In this document: positions 55,308-64,000 of the stretch, one piece after another
How positions within the stretch are numbered: the first letter of the stretch is position 1
Layout of the letters: the number at the start of each line of letters is the position of its first letter
Origin: Eledone cirrhosa
Taxonomy: Eukaryota
DNA: 64,000 nucleotides
Reading direction: 5' to 3'
Assembly (NCBI GenBank): GCA_964016885.1
Contig: OZ024750.1
Coordinates: 47,244,001 to 47,308,000, forward strand
Translations under genes and position numbers: made by a program
The notes under the pieces: generated by a model
Databases searched by the model: none
The model's input: only the letters and a program-made list of their open reading frames with translations
Told to the model about the DNA's origin: nothing

Positions 55308-56678
55308 TAACAAAGAAAAGAAAATACTGACAAATGTTTCCATGTGAAAAATAGTTTAATTAGGAATAAGTATACATTAATAATTGTTGCTACATTTGGC
55401 ACAAGGCCAGCAATTACCAAGTACATTAATGGAACTTTATTTTATCGACCTCGTAAGGATAAAAGGCAAAGTGAACCTCGGCGAGATTTAAACTCAGACC
55501 GCAAAGGGACGTAACTATGCGGGAAAGCATGACGTCTGACACTCTACCGATACTGCCAATCGACCAATATAAATTAATAATAAATTAATAATTGTTTCTA
55601 CTTTAGGCACAAGGCCAGCAATTACTCACTGCATTACTGGTACTTTATGTTATCGACCCCGTAAGGATGAAAGGCACAGTCAACCTCGGCGGGATTTGAA
55701 CTCAGATCGTAAAGAGACGTAACTATACTGGAAAGCATGGCGTCTCACCCCCTACCGATACTGCCAATCCAATAATTGTTTCTACTTTTGGCACAAGGCC
55801 AGCAATTACCCAGTACATTACTGCAATAATAAGTATTAGTTTTATTTTTAAGTTTTTACCGCTTGCGGATTTCTTATGCTTTTCAAAAATAATTTTGAGT
55901 TTACCACACATATACTGCTCCATCCACACTCACACACAGACGTATGCAGACGCAAACACTAACATACAGACACATACACACACACACACACCTTTCTCTG
56001 TATAAGACAAGAGCTGAAAAATATGTTTCAACATGTTAAAATAACCCCCAACCCTCACACACACACACGTACACTCACATCCTACCTACCGATTCATTTC
56101 CATTATCACACCAATGAAACACTTTGCTAGACACACAAACACACATATACAATTGTCTTAATAGACACCAGAACTGATGACCTCTCAACATGATTGCAAC
56201 TCAATCAAGCGGAAAAGGATACTCTTCGACAAACCTACATTTGGCGCGAAACCAGCTCGACCTAAAATCAATTGAAACATTCACGTGCCTTCTACCCACC
56301 AATTAAAATTGTTTTGACTACAAGAATTTTTGCAACACGAATTGGCGCGAAATTAATAGTGCTTATTCACGTGACATTCAACAAACAACCAAATCTTAAT
56401 GCCTCCCAAGCCAATTTTTTCACATAAAACAGGAAAGATTTACAAAACTGATCAGATTAGAGCAACAATCACGTGCACTGTATCTCAAAATTATTTTTGA
56501 AAAGCATAATAAATGCGGAACCGATAAAAGCTTAAAACTAAAACTGAAAACTAACTAATACTTATTACTAAGTTATACTTATTCCTAATTAAACTATTTT
56601 TCACTGGGAAACATTTGTCAGCATTTTCTTTTCCTTTTTATTAATATATCACAACTCGTGTGTCACACCTCTATATTT

Positions 56679-56685
<7 letters not shown>
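55302..56685. mobile_element. Old fold-back element; left arm split by three SINEs (55382-55823)
   Basis: 55302-55380 plus 55825-55899 are the reverse complement of 56484-56645; about 40-bp tail; (TA)n flanks. Confidence 0.7.
55382..55823 (-). mobile_element. Three tandem Meta-domain SINEs (two near full length, one 3' fragment)
   Basis: Consensus match. Confidence 0.9.
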
Positions 56686-56708
<23 letters not shown>

Positions 56709-56709
<1 letters not shown>

Positions 56710-56898
56710 ACGAAGGAAATGTGGTAAGGAACCAGGTGGACCATAACGCACCAAAGTACTCAATACTTAGGGTAGTAGAGTGGGTAAAATGAACCAGTAA
56801 GACCCCGACGGCTGAGCTCAAGCCGTTTCGACGGCTAATTCTGGACCCAGAATTAGCCGTCGAAACGGCTTGAGCTCAGCCGTCGGAGTCTTACTGGT

Positions 56899-56901
<3 letters not shown>
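56709..56901 (-). mobile_element. Family D fold-back mini-element
   Basis: 83-bp tail 56709-56791 plus palindrome 56792-56899. Confidence 0.9.
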
Positions 56902-56970
<69 letters not shown>

Positions 56971-57683
56971 AGTAATGGTCAATTGTCGAATCAGTACTGA
57001 AGAGTACGTGTGTCTTGTGTCATAAGGTCAATACATGATACATATGCGGAAAATTCTTTCATGGGTGTTAGTTCTTTACTGAGGAGAAACATCTTTTAGT
57101 GGGGTTATAAAATATATTTTAACCGAATATCATTTGTTTTATTAATAAAACTAAACTTGCAAATTATCTCCACATTTTTCTGTTGAACAACAGTATTTTC
57201 TCTCAGCCCCACAGTGTTACGTGGACCACCAGTTGGTGACCACTTACTAACGTTTTTCAACATACATCTTTCGAGTGATATGTCAAATTAGGTCAACTAG
57301 TTGAAGCTTTGAGTGGGTGGAAGTAAGAATATTAATATTATTGCTAGATAAGTATATATTGTTCGTCACCTCGCCAAAATTCTTCTGTCATTTAACAGAA
57401 AACAAACACGTTTTTATTATTTTTCCTATACCTCGAATATTCGTTGGGGAATCAGACCAAGACGTTATGTATTGGATGATGATGATGGAACAATACATCT
57501 ACTACAATAACTACCGCCACTACTACAGTTTATAATACAATGGAGAGCTTATTTTAGATTTCTAGCAGTAAAATATGACACTTTTATTTATTCTCTAATT
57601 TGATGTGGAGAATATCAGTCATGTGAATTTTTATGGATACATATATAAAACTATGTAACACACACACACACACAAACACACAC

Positions 57684-57714
<31 letters not shown>

Positions 57715-57757
57715 TATATATAATATATATATATATGCATACATATGTATGTTTATT

Positions 57758-57788
<31 letters not shown>

Positions 57789-57803
57789 GCATACATATGT
57801 ATA

Positions 57804-57838
<35 letters not shown>

Positions 57839-57977
57839 GCATACATATGTATATATATATTTATATATATGTATATATTTGCATACATATGTACATATAT
57901 ATATATATAAAGACACATATGTAGGTACGTATATATATATTTATATATACATATGTATGTACATACATAGATATATT

Positions 57978-58011
<34 letters not shown>

Positions 58012-58129
58012 AATATATGTATGTATATATATATATATAAATATATGTATGTATATATATATAAAATATATATATATATATAAAATATATATATATATAT
58101 ATATATAAAATATATATATATATATATAT

Positions 58130-58236
<107 letters not shown>

Positions 58237-58403
58237 TTGTAGAAGAATTCGATTAAATCATATATATTAATATTTTTTTTATTTTATAACTTTCTTAGGT
58301 CAAATTCTTTGTGAATGATTTACATTTATATCTTCTAACATTTACTTCTCTATCAATATCTTAAGCTATTTTCGGTTTTATTTATTCAAAAAAGGAACAC
58401 GTG

Positions 58404-58404
<1 letters not shown>

Positions 58405-58463
<59 letters not shown>
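58405..58463. repeat. (TAT)n microsatellite
   Basis: Direct reading. Confidence 0.97.
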
Positions 58464-58466
<3 letters not shown>

Positions 58467-58750
58467 TTAATGTAGTTACATGACTTTATTCATATTTATT
58501 TTGCTATTTCAAAATTATACATTATTAAAAAATAAAATGTTTTTTTATTTCATTTTATATATGGGATCTTTAAGATAAATTATGATCGACTCAAGTTTAA
58601 AAGGAACTATAAACATATAGAATAAATCAGCAAATGTGCCCGGCGTTGTCTGAGTAAACAGAGTAGTTTACTGTTCTCTTAAACTTGAATGATACAACTT
58701 TCATTTTTCATAAAGTTCCCAACATTCACTTATTCCCTACACACGCGCTA

Positions 58751-58774
<24 letters not shown>

Positions 58775-58782
<8 letters not shown>

Positions 58783-59468
58783 GTATAAAGACAAAGTTTG
58801 TGTATGTGTGTGTGGACAATATTTAATGAGAGCTCATTAATTCTAAACCATTCATGCGATTTCTTTGAAATATTTTAGAGAGCTTCTCCTGTCAAAAAAC
58901 CTGTACATGATCTACAAAGGCTTTCAAAAATCGATATTGGGGCTTCTCGTTTATTTGTGTGAATTTTCGTTAATAATTAAGACAAGAGTTATCTTTCGCA
59001 ATTCGGCTCATTCGCATTTCAATTTACTCTTTGTACTTGAAACAAAGGTAGTCTTCCTTGAGACTAACAATATCATTGTGTATATATCACAACCAGCAAT
59101 CTCTAAAAGATTACTAAGTTAAGTTATATATTTGACATTGTATAATTTATCGTTGATCATACATTAATTGATGTCAATTTTACAATATTATGCTTTGTAT
59201 ATAATAGTGTCTATTATTCACTTCACTGCTCTATTTCATGATGCCATTTTACTATTGTTAAACAAATGTGTACCTAGACTGGATTTCTGTTGTTACATGG
59301 TATAACGGATGACACCGAGATCCCATAATTATATCGCTGGAATAGTGCCTAAAGTTTATAATATTTACATAAATACGTTTTTCTTCTTTGTATTCAAATT
59401 TACATTGTTTAGTTTAAAGAACTACATCGACAGCTACTTGAGCTACCAAGGACGGGTAGTTTAGCTAG
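58775..59468 (+). mobile_element. Probable non-autonomous Helitron
   Basis: 5' tatataaag...gtttgtgtatgtgtgtgt; 3' hairpin ctacc/ggtag (59443-59459) then CTAG|T at 59465-59469. The 5' TC is not clearly visible. Confidence 0.55.
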
Positions 59469-59529
<61 letters not shown>

Positions 59530-59688
59530 GGCATAGAACACTGGAAGGTAATATCAGTAGTGGTAGAGCACTCAGTTCATGGGACGTGTTAGGTCATGAT
59601 CATTACGAGCTGAGGATCCGCTAAGATGAAAAAAATATTCTCGGTATGGTGAACTAACTGTTGTGTTAACACTTCTATACACACACAC

Positions 59689-62931
<3,243 letters not shown>

Positions 62932-62943
62932 ATATATATATAT

Positions 62944-63722
62944 GGTGGTTACCAACTCGTTTTCGAGTACGTTCGATACTTTGTATCCATGTAGGAGAAT
63001 CCCTACCGATGCGCTGAACGAGTGTGACTTTTTAGTCCAGCCAGCAACTTGAAAATTCTGGTGCAAACACTACATGCGTGACAATTATTGATACAGTGCT
63101 GGGCCCATGGTACCATGTGACGACAAGTGCAGAGAGATCTCCAGATATAAAGCAATGCCTGTGCCGTGAAGCTTTTATAGTGAGCAATGGTACTGCACAA
63201 AGCCATAAATATACATATATATATACATACATATATATATATACATATATATATATATACATACATATATATATATATACATATATATATATACATATAT
63301 ACATATATATATACATACATATATATATATACATATAAATATATACATACATATATATATACATATATATATACATACATATATATATATACATATAAAT
63401 ATATACATACATATATATATATATACATACATATATATATATACATACATATATATATGGTGGCTGCCAACTCGTTTTCGAGTACGGCCACTACTTTATA
63501 TCCATGTAGGAGAACCCCTACCGATGCGCTGAACGAGTGTGACTTTTTAGTCCAGCCAGCGACTTGAAAACTCTGGTACAAACACTACACTTGTGACAAT
63601 TATTGACACATAGTGCTGGGCCCATGGTACCATGTGACGACAAGTGCAGAGAGATCTCCAGATATAAAGCAATGCCTGTGCCGTGAAGCTTTTATAGTGA
63701 GCAAAGGCACTGCACAAAGCCA
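62944..63722. repeat. Direct repeat of about 262 bp (62944-63205, 63459-63722) separated by a TA/TACA tract
   Basis: Highly similar copies with the same left endpoint after (TA)n. Confidence 0.9.
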
Positions 63723-63789
63723 GTCCCACTCTCTTAACCAAGATGATATTTACCAAAAAGAAGAACAAGTCAACATCATTGGATACCAT

Positions 63790-64000
63790 CAGGGTTGCAG
63801 GTGTTATATCAGAGTTTTCCTTCTCTTAGAATTCTGCCTTGACAAAGGCTAAGGGGTCATCTCTCCCAGTGATTTTGGATGGCCATTGACTCTTAAGAGC
63901 TCCTTTGCCCTTCGACAGGTTTTGTTTTTAGTCCTGCAGGATGTCCAAAGTCACCCTCCTCACCAAGAAACCTTGGTGGGGTTGCCAGTTTAGTCGCCAA
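63790..64000 (-). mobile_element. Possible RTE-type LINE 5' non-coding region
   Basis: Minus strand ttagcctttgtcaaggca...agagaaggaaaactctga resembles RTE-associated 5' sequences as I recall them; not verified. Confidence 0.35.

Overview
AT-rich eukaryotic (animal) genomic DNA, very rich in (TA)n. The SINE family and repeat landscape suggest an octopod cephalopod (inference). I cannot support any host protein-coding gene; most short ORFs in the track are microsatellite translations. The window is dominated by Penelope-like retroelements (PLEs; RT + GIY-YIG) of several families inserted in (TA)n tracts. These include one nearly intact 718-aa ORF (855-3011), one near-full-length frameshifted copy (41221-44586) and several 5'-truncated copies. 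About 15 loci carry minimal type-I hammerhead ribozyme (HHR) motifs. The main structural signal is a recurring fold-back architecture in at least six unrelated families: (TA)n-[inverted arm without tail]-[direct arm + usually 75-95 nt tail]-(TA)n. Arms run from about 45 bp to 1.2 kb and share insertion-specific variants, which suggests both were copied from one template using two fixed 3' endpoints. Also present are over 20 tRNA-derived Meta-domain SINE copies or fragments, an R4/Dong-type LINE in a (TAA)n tract, RTE and CRE LINE fragments, and a probable non-autonomous Helitron. All alignments and foldings were done by eye, so boundaries are approximate.
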